A DNA stretch of 64,000 nt from an uncultured Butyrivibrio sp. (GTDB taxonomy: Bacteria > Bacillota > Clostridia > Lachnospirales > Lachnospiraceae): NCBI GenBank assembly GCA_964441705.1, contig CAYTWF010000001.1, positions 42,163-106,162 of the forward strand, given 5' to 3'. The position numbers and the translations under genes were made by a program. Shown here one piece after another: positions 19,548-30,086 of the stretch. Positions within the stretch are counted from its first letter, which is position 1, and each line of letters begins with the position of its first letter. The notes beneath the pieces are model-generated. The model saw nothing but the letters and a program-made list of their open reading frames with translations, did not search any database and was not told where the DNA came from.

Positions 19548-20471
19548 ATGAAAAAGTTATTATTTATTTTTAATCCCCTTTCAGGAAAGGGATTAATTAA
19601 GAACCGTTTACTTGAGATTATTAATATTTTTACAAAAGCAGGCTTTGAGGTTACGGCTTACCCGACCCAGCACGCACTGGATGGATATGATAAGGTATGC
19701 GAAGCAGACGGGCTGTATGATATGATTGTGTGCAGCGGAGGCGATGGTACTCTTAATGAGGTAATATCAGCGGCCAAGACACACCGCAATTCAAGACCTA
19801 AGATAGGATATATTCCTGCAGGTTCAACTAATGATTTTGCAGGAAGCCTTGGAATTCCCAAGGATATGGTCAAGGCAGCCAGACAGATTGCAGATGGTGA
19901 GGTATTTCAGTGCGACTTAGGGAGAATGAATGGCAGGTATTTTAATTATATTGCCGCCTTTGGTCTTTTTACGGAAGTATCTTACAAGACACCACAAAGC
20001 GCTAAGAATGTTCTGGGACACCAGGCATATATACTTGAGAGTCTTAGAAGCCTGTCCAAAATACAGACCTATGATATGACAGTAAGCTGCAATGATATGG
20101 AATTTTCCGGCAGATACATATACGGAATGGTTGCCAATTCCCAGTCAGTTGGAGGATTTAAGGGAATAACAGGAAGAAATGTTAATATGAATGACGGACT
20201 TTTTGAGGTTGCCCTTGTGCGTGAGCCCAAGAATCCGTTGGAACTGCAGCAGGTTGTAGCGGGAATGTTTTCAAAGAATCAGGAAAGCCCAATGGTGGAC
20301 AGATTCAAAACAGACAGGATTGTATTTGACAGCAGGGATTCTGTTGCATGGACAATTGATGGAGAGAACGGTGACGAGCATCAGCACGTAGTAATAACTG
20401 TTGTACCTAAGGCGATAGACATAATTGTTCAGCCGGAGAAGCAACCGGAGAGCAGACATAGAGCAAGATAA
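19548..20471 (+). CDS. YegS/DAGK family lipid kinase
   Basis: 'FNPLSG', 'SGGDGTLNEV', 'IPAGSTNDFA', 'DGLFEV', 'IDGE'. Confidence 0.9.
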   Translation: MKKLLFIFNPLSGKGLIKNRLLEIINIFTKAGFEVTAYPTQHALDGYDKVCEADGLYDMIVCSGGDGTLNEVISAAKTHRNSRPKIGYIPAGSTNDFAGSLGIPKDMVKAARQIADGEVFQCDLGRMNGRYFNYIAAFGLFTEVSYKTPQSAKNVLGHQAYILESLRSLSKIQTYDMTVSCNDMEFSGRYIYGMVANSQSVGGFKGITGRNVNMNDGLFEVALVREPKNPLELQQVVAGMFSKNQESPMVDRFKTDRIVFDSRDSVAWTIDGENGDEHQHVVITVVPKAIDIIVQPEKQPESRHRAR

Positions 20472-20472
20472 T

Positions 20473-20498
20473 TTAAAGCAGGGTTGCCCCTGCTTTAA
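20473..20498. terminator. Bidirectional terminator
   Basis: TTAAAGCAGGG-ttgc-CCCTGCTTTAA between convergent genes. Confidence 0.75.
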
Positions 20499-21629
20499 TT
20501 AATTATAGTAGTAGGCCAGCAGCAGCTCAGTTACATGGTCATAGGTTCTGACACCATCACTTTGACCGTTGGTAACGAGGTAGGTGTTGTTCACAGAGCT
20601 GGATACTGAGGCGGCAACCGTATCCTCATATTGCTCCCAGTAATCTGACTGGAACTGCAGGTCCGATATTACCTGTTCATTCATTGACAGATATAACTCT
20701 TTGTATACCTCATAATCACAGCAGGCGTATACCTCATTGATTACATTGATAAGTGCGAACATTGTTCCGCTGTAATTGAATTCAGGTACATCTGATTCCA
20801 TACATCCCAGATATGCAATGAAATTAGCCTCATCCTCCCTCATAAAGCCGCTTAAATGTGACAGCTCATGGCACATTGTGTAAGGCTTTTCCACATCTGT
20901 TACATCATTATTGTAGTTAGCCTCAGTGGTAAATGGTGAATAGACTCCTGATATGTTAAAGGAGGACATAACCTTGGAGAAAAATACCGGCTTGGGCTTA
21001 GGGTGGTATTCTGTAAGACAGGGATATTTATCGGAAAGCTCACGCATTGCATCAGAGGCTTCGCTTCTTTCATCAATTCCGCTTAAGGTATAATGTCCGT
21101 TGCTATCCAGTGCAATCTTTTCGGAATAATCGTTGGCATCAGATATGAGCTGCTTACAAAGCGTTGCCAGCTGTTCATTGGTATATTCACCGGTGCGTAT
21201 ATTGGCACATACTGAAAAGGGCAGTCTGTAATAGTTCACACCACCGTTAAGGGAATATACAAGCAGTACTGCAAGCACAACACATGCCAGATTCAAAAGA
21301 GATTTTTTTAGTCTGTATGTAAAGTGGAATAGCTCAGCCTTGCTGTGGTATTTTATTGCATACACGATAAGCCTTATAATTGCAAACAGCAGCCACAGTA
21401 TGCCAAGACATATCATCAGCTCAAATACTGAAAAGGGAAAAACAGAGCATATAGCACCAAGTACTCTGACTATATGCGGGTAGACGGTATTGGAGTAGCT
21501 GGTTGCGAATACAGTATTAACTCTGTACATTATATTAAAAATAATTACCCCGGCAGCAAGCACAATAATTGCTGTAAGATAGCTTCTATAATTAATGAAT
21601 TTCATTTCTTTTTTCTTATTATGCTTCAT
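20499..21629 (-). CDS. DUF3810-like membrane-anchored zincin-motif protein
   Basis: N-terminal TM helices, 'GVYSPFTTEANYN', 'CHELSHLSGFMREDEANFIAY' (HExxH...E); start by RBS AAGGAG. Confidence 0.8.
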   Translation of the reverse strand: MKHNKKKEMKFINYRSYLTAIIVLAAGVIIFNIMYRVNTVFATSYSNTVYPHIVRVLGAICSVFPFSVFELMICLGILWLLFAIIRLIVYAIKYHSKAELFHFTYRLKKSLLNLACVVLAVLLVYSLNGGVNYYRLPFSVCANIRTGEYTNEQLATLCKQLISDANDYSEKIALDSNGHYTLSGIDERSEASDAMRELSDKYPCLTEYHPKPKPVFFSKVMSSFNISGVYSPFTTEANYNNDVTDVEKPYTMCHELSHLSGFMREDEANFIAYLGCMESDVPEFNYSGTMFALINVINEVYACCDYEVYKELYLSMNEQVISDLQFQSDYWEQYEDTVAASVSSSVNNTYLVTNGQSDGVRTYDHVTELLLAYYYN

Positions 21630-21899
21630 GGTAACAGTCTCCTTGATTCTCAAATGTAGTATTCTTCTTATATATTAGCCGTTAAAACTACAATTTTCAA
21701 TATAATTTGCGATTATTAAGTCTAAGAAAATAATAAAAATAAGTTGGAAAAACCCTGTCTCGGTGTAGGTCCACCTTATAACTTAATATTATTAAGCAGG
21801 GACCGAAAAAAGAGCAGATAAGGGTCTTTGAAATTGAATATTTCAACGTGAAAAAAAACTAAATTATCAGATAACAGTATTATAAAATATAAATTATGA

Positions 21900-21914
21900 A
21901 ATTATCTGACAATT
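21900..21914 (+). promoter_or_regulatory. CodY-box candidate upstream of gltB
   Basis: AATTATCTGACAATT, 2 mismatches to AATTTTCWGAAAATT; a weaker 4-mismatch copy at 21862-21876. Confidence 0.55.
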
Positions 21915-21989
21915 TACCAATGCCTCCCTATTTACATTCTGAAAAACAGAGAGTATATTGAGAAAAAATTACAGAAGGGACAGGGATGT

Positions 21990-24900
21990 ATGAACAGCAC
22001 AAATAAGCAAAACGTTGGATTATATAATCCGCAGTTTGAGCATGATAACTGTGGAATCGGTGCAATTGTCAATATCAAGGGAGTGAAGACCCATAAGACA
22101 GTTGAGAACGCACTTAGTATAGTAGAGAACCTGGAGCACAGGGCAGGTAAGGATGCAGAGGGTAAGACCGGAGACGGTGTAGGAATCATGCTTCAGATTT
22201 CACACAAATTCTTTTCAAAGGCATGTAAGCCACTTGGTATAGAGCTGGGACAGGAGCGGGACTATGGCGTCGGCATGTTCTTTTTCGCTCAGGATGAGCT
22301 TAAGAAAAAACAGGCAATGAAAATGTTTGAGATTATTGTAGCTAAGGAAGGCCTTGAATTCTTAGGCTGGAGACAGGTACCTACACATCCTGAGGTCCTT
22401 GGCAGCAAGGCAATAGCAGTAATGCCTTCAATTGTACAGGGCTTTGTCAAAAGACCACAGGACTGCGAAAAGGGACTCCCATTTGACCGAAGACTGTACA
22501 TAGTAAGAAAGGTTTTTGAACAGAGTAATGAGGATACCTACGTTGTATCTCTTTCAAGCAGAACAATAGTATATAAAGGAATGTTTCTGGTAGACCAGCT
22601 GAGAACTTTTTTTGCAGACCTTTGCAGCAGTGATTATGAATCAGCAATTGCAATTGTTCATTCACGATTCAGCACCAATACCAATCCAAGCTGGAGAAGA
22701 GCACACCCTAACAGATTTATTGTACATAATGGCGAAATTAATACAATCAAGGGCAATGCTGATAAGATGCTGGCCCGTGAGGAAAATATGGAAAGTCAGT
22801 ATTTTAAGGGCAATATGCACAAGGTTATTCCTGTTGTTAATACAGAGGGCTCTGATTCCGCAATGCTTGATAACACCCTTGAATTTCTGGTAATGAGCGG
22901 CATGGACCTTCCACTGGCAGTAATGATTACAATTCCTGAGCCTTGGATGAATAACAAGCTTATGAATCTTGAGAAAAGAGATTTCTATCAGTATTATGCA
23001 ACCATGATGGAGCCATGGGATGGACCTGCATCAATTCTTTTCAGCGATGGCGACATAATGGGTGCGGTTCTTGACAGAAACGGACTTCGTCCATCACGTT
23101 ACTACATTACCAATGATGATTATCTTGTACTGTCATCGGAGGTTGGCGTTCTTGACATTGAGCCATCCAACATTAAGGTAAAAGAAAGACTGCGTCCGGG
23201 CAAAATGCTTCTGGTTGACACTGTTGCCGGAAGAGTAATTGATGACGAGGAGCTTAAGGAAAAATACGCCACAAGAAAGCCTTATGGCGAGTGGCTTGAT
23301 AATAATCTTATTCAGCTTCATGACCTTAAGATTCCTAATAAAAAGGTACTTGAGTACAATAAGGATGAGAGAGCCAGACTTCAGAGAGCTTTTGGCTATA
23401 CCTATGAGGATTTTAATGCCGCAATTCTTCCTATGGCCAAGAACGGTGGAGAACCAATTGCAGCAATGGGTGTGGATACCCCACTTGCAGCATTATCCAA
23501 GCAGAACCCTTCACTTTTTGATTATTTTAAGCAGCTGTTTGCACAGGTAACCAATCCTCCTATAGATGCTCTTCGTGAGCAGATTGTTACCTCCACCTCA
23601 GTATATATTGGCGAGGATGGCAATCTCCTTGAGGAAAAGGCTGAAAACTGCCGTATGCTTCGCATTAACAATCCGATACTTACCAATACGGACCTGCTTA
23701 AGATTAAATCCATGAATATTGAGGGCTTTAAGGTTGCAGAGATTCCGCTGACATATTATAAGAACACATCACTTGAAAAAGCCATTGAGAGAATGTTCGT
23801 TGAGGCAGACAGGGCTCATGGAGACGGAGCTAATATACTTATCTTGTCTGACCGAGGAGTTGATGAGAATCACGTGGCAATTCCGTCTCTTCTTGCAGTA
23901 TCAGCAATGCAGCAGCATCTGGTAACAACCAAGAAAAGAACAAGCGTTGCAATGATACTTGAAAGCGGAGAGCCAAGAACGGTACATCATTTCGCAACAA
24001 TTTTAGGCTATGGAGCATGCGCAATTAACCCATATCTTGCGCAGGATACAATTAAGGAGCTTATTAATATTGACCTTCTGGATAAGGACTATTATGCAGC
24101 TGTAGATGATTATAATAAGGCAATTCTTTCAGGTATTGTAAAGATTGCCTCCAAAATGGGTATTTCAACAATTCAGTCATACCAGGGCTCCAAGATATTT
24201 GAAGCAATTGGTATTGACCCTGAAGTGATTGACAGATATTTTACCGGAACAGTAAGCAGAGTTGGCGGTATTACATTAAAAGATATCGAAAATGATATAA
24301 ACGCGAGACACACAAAGGCCTTTGACCCGTTGGGTCTTACCTGTGATGAGACCTTTGACAGTGTTGGAAGCCATAAGCTCAGAAGCGGCAAGGAGGAGCA
24401 TCTGTATAATCCTCAGACCATTCATCTCCTTCAGCTTGCAGCAAGAAACGGTGATTATGCAACCTTTAAGGAATATTCCCAACTTATTAATGAGGAAATG
24501 GACCCTGTAACACTTAGAGGCAATATGGACTTTAAATTCCCGGAAAAGGGTGTTCCAATTGAGGAGGTTGAGAGCGTTGAAGAGATTGTAAAACGCTTTA
24601 AGACAGGTGCGATGTCCTATGGCTCAATTTCCCAGGAGGCGCATGAGACACTGGCAATTGCCATGAATATGCTTCACGGAAGGTCTAATTCAGGAGAAGG
24701 CGGCGAGAGCATAGAGCGTCTTAGTATAGGACCTGACGGACTTAACAAATGTTCAGCAATTAAGCAGGTAGCATCGGGAAGATTTGGTGTTACATCAAGA
24801 TACCTGGTAAGTGCCAACGAAATTCAGATTAAGATGGCACAGGGTGCCAAGCCTGGTGAGGGTGGACATCTGCCGGGAGGAAAGGTATATCCATGGATTG

Positions 24901-26531
24901 CCAAAACAAGACTTTCTACGCCGGGAGTCAGCCTTATATCTCCACCACCTCATCATGATATCTATTCAATTGAGGATTTGGCACAGCTTATATATGACCT
25001 TAAAAATGCCAATGATAAAGCAAGAATTTCTGTTAAGCTTGTATCAGAGGCCGGTGTGGGTACTGTAGCAGCCGGAGTTGCCAAGGCGGGAGCCCAGGTA
25101 ATTCTTATCTCAGGCTATGACGGAGGTACTGGAGCAGCACCAAGAAGCTCAATTCACAATGCGGGACTTCCGTGGGAGCTTGGACTTGCTGAATCACATC
25201 AGACACTTATACAGAATGGTCTTCGTAATAAGGTTATTGTTGAGACCGATGGTAAGCTTATGACGGGACGTGATGTGGCAATTGCATGTCTTCTGGGAGC
25301 AGAGGAATTTGGCTTCGCAACAGCACCACTTGTAACACTGGGCTGCGTAATGATGAGAGTATGTAACCTTGATACCTGTCCGGTTGGTGTGGCAACTCAG
25401 AATCCTGAGCTTCGTAAAAGATTTGCAGGCAAGCCGGAATATGTTGTGAACTTTATGAGGTTTGTGGCAGAGGAATTAAGAGAGTATATGGCAAAGCTGG
25501 GCTTTAGAACAATTGATGAGATGTGTGGAAGAAGCGACGTTCTTTTCCAGAAAAAAGCGGCAGCAGGCGGAAAGGATGGCAAGCTTGACCTTTCAGCAAT
25601 TCTTAACAACCCATATGCTGCTGACAGCAGAATGGATTACCAGCATAAAAATGTATATGATTTTGGTCTGGAGAAAACCCTGGATTCCAAGGTGCTTATC
25701 AAGGAGCTTATGCCTGCTTTGAAAAAACAGCAGAAGAGAAGCCTTGAAATCGATGTTACCAATACTACAAGCCGTGCCTTTGGTACGATGTTTGGAGCTG
25801 AGATAACAAGAATGTATGATGATAAGCTTCCAGAGGATACCTACACAATAAGATGTAATGGCAATGGTGGACAGAGCTTTGGAGCATTTATACCTAAGGG
25901 ACTTACCATTGAGCTTGTAGGTGATTCAAATGATTATTTTGGCAAGGGTATTTCAGGCGGCAAGCTTATTGTATATCCACCAACCGGTTCAGCCTTTAGA
26001 TATGATGAAAATATTATTATAGGTAATGTTGCTTTATATGGTGCAACCAGTGGTGAAGCCTATATTAATGGTGTGGCAGGAGAACGCTTCTGCGTTCGTA
26101 ACTCAGGCGCAACAGCTGTAGTTGAGGGCGTTGGAGAGCATGGCTGCGAATACATGACAGGCGGAAGAGTTGTTGTTCTTGGAAGAACAGGTAAGAATTT
26201 TGCAGCCGGAATGAGTGGTGGAATTGCCTATATCCTTGATGAGGACAATAAGCTGTATCTCAACCTTAACAAGGAGCTCGTAACCTCTGAGGAGGTAACT
26301 GACAAATACGACGTATTTGAGCTTAAGCAGATGATTCAGAAGCACGTAGCATATACCAATTCAGAAAAGGGCAAGATGATTCTTGATAATTTCAGCGAAT
26401 ATCTTCCTAAATTCAAGAAGGTAATGCCAATTGATTATAAAAAGATGCTTAACACCATTGTTCTTATGGAAGAGAAGGGCCTTTCCAGTGAACAGGCGCA
26501 GATTGAAGCATTTTATGCAATGAAGAAGTAA
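21990..26531 (+). CDS. gltB: Glutamate synthase large subunit
   Basis: 1513 aa; 'HDNCGIG', 'HSRFSTNT', 'HNGEINT', 'EPWDGP', 'AMSYGSIS', 'IKQVASGRFGV', 'QGAKPGEGG', 'GCVMMRVCNLDTCPVG'. Confidence 0.98.
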   Translation: MNSTNKQNVGLYNPQFEHDNCGIGAIVNIKGVKTHKTVENALSIVENLEHRAGKDAEGKTGDGVGIMLQISHKFFSKACKPLGIELGQERDYGVGMFFFAQDELKKKQAMKMFEIIVAKEGLEFLGWRQVPTHPEVLGSKAIAVMPSIVQGFVKRPQDCEKGLPFDRRLYIVRKVFEQSNEDTYVVSLSSRTIVYKGMFLVDQLRTFFADLCSSDYESAIAIVHSRFSTNTNPSWRRAHPNRFIVHNGEINTIKGNADKMLAREENMESQYFKGNMHKVIPVVNTEGSDSAMLDNTLEFLVMSGMDLPLAVMITIPEPWMNNKLMNLEKRDFYQYYATMMEPWDGPASILFSDGDIMGAVLDRNGLRPSRYYITNDDYLVLSSEVGVLDIEPSNIKVKERLRPGKMLLVDTVAGRVIDDEELKEKYATRKPYGEWLDNNLIQLHDLKIPNKKVLEYNKDERARLQRAFGYTYEDFNAAILPMAKNGGEPIAAMGVDTPLAALSKQNPSLFDYFKQLFAQVTNPPIDALREQIVTSTSVYIGEDGNLLEEKAENCRMLRINNPILTNTDLLKIKSMNIEGFKVAEIPLTYYKNTSLEKAIERMFVEADRAHGDGANILILSDRGVDENHVAIPSLLAVSAMQQHLVTTKKRTSVAMILESGEPRTVHHFATILGYGACAINPYLAQDTIKELINIDLLDKDYYAAVDDYNKAILSGIVKIASKMGISTIQSYQGSKIFEAIGIDPEVIDRYFTGTVSRVGGITLKDIENDINARHTKAFDPLGLTCDETFDSVGSHKLRSGKEEHLYNPQTIHLLQLAARNGDYATFKEYSQLINEEMDPVTLRGNMDFKFPEKGVPIEEVESVEEIVKRFKTGAMSYGSISQEAHETLAIAMNMLHGRSNSGEGGESIERLSIGPDGLNKCSAIKQVASGRFGVTSRYLVSANEIQIKMAQGAKPGEGGHLPGGKVYPWIAKTRLSTPGVSLISPPPHHDIYSIEDLAQLIYDLKNANDKARISVKLVSEAGVGTVAAGVAKAGAQVILISGYDGGTGAAPRSSIHNAGLPWELGLAESHQTLIQNGLRNKVIVETDGKLMTGRDVAIACLLGAEEFGFATAPLVTLGCVMMRVCNLDTCPVGVATQNPELRKRFAGKPEYVVNFMRFVAEELREYMAKLGFRTIDEMCGRSDVLFQKKAAAGGKDGKLDLSAILNNPYAADSRMDYQHKNVYDFGLEKTLDSKVLIKELMPALKKQQKRSLEIDVTNTTSRAFGTMFGAEITRMYDDKLPEDTYTIRCNGNGGQSFGAFIPKGLTIELVGDSNDYFGKGISGGKLIVYPPTGSAFRYDENIIIGNVALYGATSGEAYINGVAGERFCVRNSGATAVVEGVGEHGCEYMTGGRVVVLGRTGKNFAAGMSGGIAYILDEDNKLYLNLNKELVTSEEVTDKYDVFELKQMIQKHVAYTNSEKGKMILDNFSEYLPKFKKVMPIDYKKMLNTIVLMEEKGLSSEQAQIEAFYAMKK

Positions 26532-26549
26532 GGAAGGAGGAAGATAATA

Positions 26550-28037
26550 ATGGGAAAACCAACAGGATTTTTAGATTATAACAGAGTAGACAGTGAGGCC
26601 GCTAAGCCTAAGACAAGAATCAGTAATTTTAATGAGTTCCATACCCAACTTCCTCTTGAACAGCAGCAGACACAGGCTGCAAGATGTATGGACTGTGGTG
26701 TACCTTTCTGCCAGTCCGGTAAAATGCTTAAGGGAATGATATCAGGCTGCCCACTTAACAACCTCATTCCTGAGTGGAATGAGCTGCTGTACCTTGGCAA
26801 TTACAAAAGAGCCTATCACCGTCTCGCCAAGACCAGCAATTTCCCTGAATTTACCTCAAGGGTATGCCCGGGACTTTGCGAGAAGGCTTGTACCTGTGGC
26901 CTTAATGGAGACCCTGTAAGTACTAAGGAAAATGAAAAGACAATTATTGAATATGCCTTTGAGCATGGCTATGTTACTCCGGATATTCCGGCTGTAAGAA
27001 CCGGCAAAAGAGTGGCTGTTATCGGCTCCGGTCCTTCGGGTCTGGCGGCAGCAGACCTTCTCAATATGCGCGGACATCAGGTAACAGTCTACGAGCGTGC
27101 TGACAGGGTTGGCGGACTGCTTATGTACGGAATCCCTAATATGAAGCTTGAAAAGTGGGTAATTGACAGGCGCATCGACCACATGAAGGCGGAGGGTATT
27201 GAATTTGTAACCAATACCAACGTTGGCGAGGATGTGAAGGCGAAAGAACTCCTTAAGGAATATGATGCTGTAATTCTTGCCTGCGGAGCTGCTAATCCAA
27301 GAGATATCAAGGCAGAAGGCCGTGATGCAGAGGGCATATATTTTGCAGTGGACTACCTGAAGTCAGTAACCAAAAGTCTTCTGGATTCTGAATTTAAGGA
27401 TAAAAAATACATTGACCCTAAGGGCAAAAATGTTGTTGTTATCGGTGGTGGTGACACGGGAAATGACTGCGTGGGAACCTCAATCCGTCTGGGCTGCAAA
27501 TCCATTACCCAGCTGGAAATGATGCCAAAGGCACCTGATGTGCGCAGCGCCGGCAATCCATGGCCGCAATGGCCAAAGGTCAATAAAACAGATTATGGTC
27601 AGGAGGAGGCAATTGCTGTATTTGGACACGACCCTCGTATCTATCAGACCACTGTTAAGGAATTTGTTAAAGACAAGAACGGCAGACTTACCAGGCTTAT
27701 CTGTGTTAAGCTTGAGTCCAAAAAGGATGAAAAGACAGGAAGAATGATGATGGCAGAGGTTGCCGGAAGTGAATTTGAGCTCCCATGCGAGCTTGTACTT
27801 ATTGCAGCAGGCTTTCTGGGAACACAGAAATATGTTGCAGATGCCTTTGGTGTTGAGCTTAATGAACGCACCAATGTTAAAACCTCGGCCGACGGCTTTG
27901 CAACCAACGTACCTAAGGTCTTCACGGCTGGTGATATGCATATAGGGCAGTCTCTGGTAGTCCGTGCAATCAGACAGGGACGTGACGCAGCCAGGGAAGT
28001 AGACCAATACCTTATGGGCTACACCAATCTTGAATAA
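26550..28037 (+). CDS. gltD: Glutamate synthase small subunit
   Basis: 'MGKPTGF', 'RCMDCGVPFC', 'GSGPSGL', 'YGIPNMKL', 'GGGDTGNDC', 'GQSLVV'. Confidence 0.97.
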   Translation: MGKPTGFLDYNRVDSEAAKPKTRISNFNEFHTQLPLEQQQTQAARCMDCGVPFCQSGKMLKGMISGCPLNNLIPEWNELLYLGNYKRAYHRLAKTSNFPEFTSRVCPGLCEKACTCGLNGDPVSTKENEKTIIEYAFEHGYVTPDIPAVRTGKRVAVIGSGPSGLAAADLLNMRGHQVTVYERADRVGGLLMYGIPNMKLEKWVIDRRIDHMKAEGIEFVTNTNVGEDVKAKELLKEYDAVILACGAANPRDIKAEGRDAEGIYFAVDYLKSVTKSLLDSEFKDKKYIDPKGKNVVVIGGGDTGNDCVGTSIRLGCKSITQLEMMPKAPDVRSAGNPWPQWPKVNKTDYGQEEAIAVFGHDPRIYQTTVKEFVKDKNGRLTRLICVKLESKKDEKTGRMMMAEVAGSEFELPCELVLIAAGFLGTQKYVADAFGVELNERTNVKTSADGFATNVPKVFTAGDMHIGQSLVVRAIRQGRDAAREVDQYLMGYTNLE

Positions 28038-28738
28038 AATACAACGGAATCAATTATCTCAAACCCGCAGCCAGCGTAAAGCCGGCAGGCGGGTTTGTTG
28101 CTTTCTGACACCTGAAGAATTATTCTTTTATCCCTGTTGACCACATTGTTAAGGATATCACAAAGAATCTGGCGTCCATAGCCTCTGCCGCGATAATCTT
28201 TGTCCACCTCTACATTGTAAATATTTACAGTCTGCCCATCCTCAAAAAGAGAACATTGACCAATATATTCATCACCAAGGTAATAGTAAAAGGTGCTGTC
28301 ATTATCTGCTTCCATCTCAAGCTGGGAGTGGCATTGTATATCAGCACCGGTATATTCCATAAGATATTCATGATTACTATTGGCATATCCAAGAGCATTG
28401 GCACATTGACGAAGACCGGGGTAATTATCATGCCCTGAGAAAACAATCTTTGAATCAGAAAAATGTTCGCTTGCTTTCCTGTACATATTGGTGAAAATAT
28501 GCTGTCTTCTGTAATCAGGGTGCACAATTCCTGAAAGCTCTATGGTATCACCGGCAAAGCATGACATAAAGCCTACAAGCTGTTCTTCGCAGCATAATAT
28601 ATAATAATCTTCCTCACAACCGGATTCTCCTGTAAAAAAGCTGTATTTTAGCTGCTCTGCAGCTGAACAATAGCTGATTAATGAATTAACAGCGTCCAAT
28701 TCTGTATCACTAAGCCTGTTGACTGTCAGGTATTTCAT
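28019..28738 (-). CDS. GNAT acetyltransferase with tandem GNAT domains
   Basis: 'VHPDYRRQHIF' and 'VDKDYRGRGYG', 'NKPACRLYAGCGF'; 3' end overlaps gltD by 19 bp. Confidence 0.85.
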   Translation of the reverse strand: MKYLTVNRLSDTELDAVNSLISYCSAAEQLKYSFFTGESGCEEDYYILCCEEQLVGFMSCFAGDTIELSGIVHPDYRRQHIFTNMYRKASEHFSDSKIVFSGHDNYPGLRQCANALGYANSNHEYLMEYTGADIQCHSQLEMEADNDSTFYYYLGDEYIGQCSLFEDGQTVNIYNVEVDKDYRGRGYGRQILCDILNNVVNRDKRIILQVSESNKPACRLYAGCGFEIIDSVVFYSRLV

Positions 28739-28902
28739 ATTGCACCTCATCCCTGTAAAAAAATATTGTTATTACATAACTTTCATCATTTACAAATATT
28801 TTACACCATACTTACCTTAAAGTGCTAATGGATTTTATATTCAGACTATAGAGTTTATATACAGAGTAAATAAATGAGAAATTGTGTGGAGAGATATTTA
28901 AT

Positions 28903-30036
28903 ATGAAGAAATTTATTCCGGCTATAGTGTCAGCGTTAATTCTGATTGGAATGGTGGTCTGTGGGATTATACTTAACAGGCAGGCAGATGGAGAGGTAAC
29001 TGCCAGTGCAGGCCAGCTTGTATACGATAAGGCGCAGGTTAGTGCAGTGCTTGAGGACAATGCAGCAGCTGATTATGATAATGCAGAAGGAAGACGTGTT
29101 GGAACTCAGGAGCTTGAAATCCGCATTCTTACTGGAAAGCATAAGGATGAGATAATGACTCTGACAAATAACATGAGTGCACTTTTTAATGTTGATTTGG
29201 ACAAGGGAGATAAGATAATTGTCAGAATATTAACAGATGATGATGGAAGCTACTATGCATCATTGTTTAACTATAACAGAGGCATAATAATTGGAGTGCT
29301 TGTAATAGCATTCTTTATTCTTCTGGCTGTTCTTGGCGGCAAAAAAGGAATTGGGGCACTTTTGGGACTTGTTTTTACACTTGTGAGTATATGGTTCATT
29401 CTGATTCCGGGATTAATCAAGGGAGCAGCTGCAATTTCTGTAACTATTGGAATTGTTGCGGTAACGGCAGCAGGCTCGTTAATCCTTCTTAATGGTTTTT
29501 CCCAAAAAACGCTTTGTGCAATTCTTGGCTGTGTTACCGGTGTTGTTGCTGCCGGTGGTATTGCCGGTATTGTAGGTGCAATTACACCAATGAATGGTTT
29601 CAATATGTCGGAGGCAGAGAACCTTCTTTTATATGGTGCGGACAAGGGTTTGAAGATAAAGGGATTGCTGGTGTGTGGTGTTCTTATATCAGCACTTGGT
29701 GCAGTTATGGACGTTGCACTTGGAATTGCTTCATCCATATGGGAGCTTCGCACTCAGAATGATGCCATGACATCAAAAGAACTGTTTCGTTCCGGCATGC
29801 ATATAGGAAAGGATGCAATGGGAACAATGGCTAATACCCTGATACTTGCATTTGCAGGCTCATCACTGAATATGCTTATACTTATTCAGACCTACGATAT
29901 TCCATTTATTCAGCTGATTAACACAGATTACATATGTATTGAAATAATACAGAGTGTGGCAGGTGCAATGGGAATCTTACTTACGGTACCAATTGTTGCT
30001 TTTATCAGTGCCAGATTAATGGCAAAGACAAAGTAA
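28903..30036 (+). CDS. YibE/F family membrane protein
   Basis: 'LGAVMDVA..IASSIWE', 'SGMHIGKDAMGTMANTLILAFAG', 'LTVPIVA'; many TM helices. Confidence 0.9.
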   Translation: MKKFIPAIVSALILIGMVVCGIILNRQADGEVTASAGQLVYDKAQVSAVLEDNAAADYDNAEGRRVGTQELEIRILTGKHKDEIMTLTNNMSALFNVDLDKGDKIIVRILTDDDGSYYASLFNYNRGIIIGVLVIAFFILLAVLGGKKGIGALLGLVFTLVSIWFILIPGLIKGAAAISVTIGIVAVTAAGSLILLNGFSQKTLCAILGCVTGVVAAGGIAGIVGAITPMNGFNMSEAENLLLYGADKGLKIKGLLVCGVLISALGAVMDVALGIASSIWELRTQNDAMTSKELFRSGMHIGKDAMGTMANTLILAFAGSSLNMLILIQTYDIPFIQLINTDYICIEIIQSVAGAMGILLTVPIVAFISARLMAKTK

Positions 30037-30086
30037 CAGTTTTTATATAGATTAATTAAATCATAAGTTAATAAAAGGAGAAAAAT

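Noticed and set aside
21654-21989. Riboswitch or ANTAR hairpins upstream of gltB
   Set aside because: No recognisable aptamer or paired ANTAR motif; only CodY-like boxes are supported.
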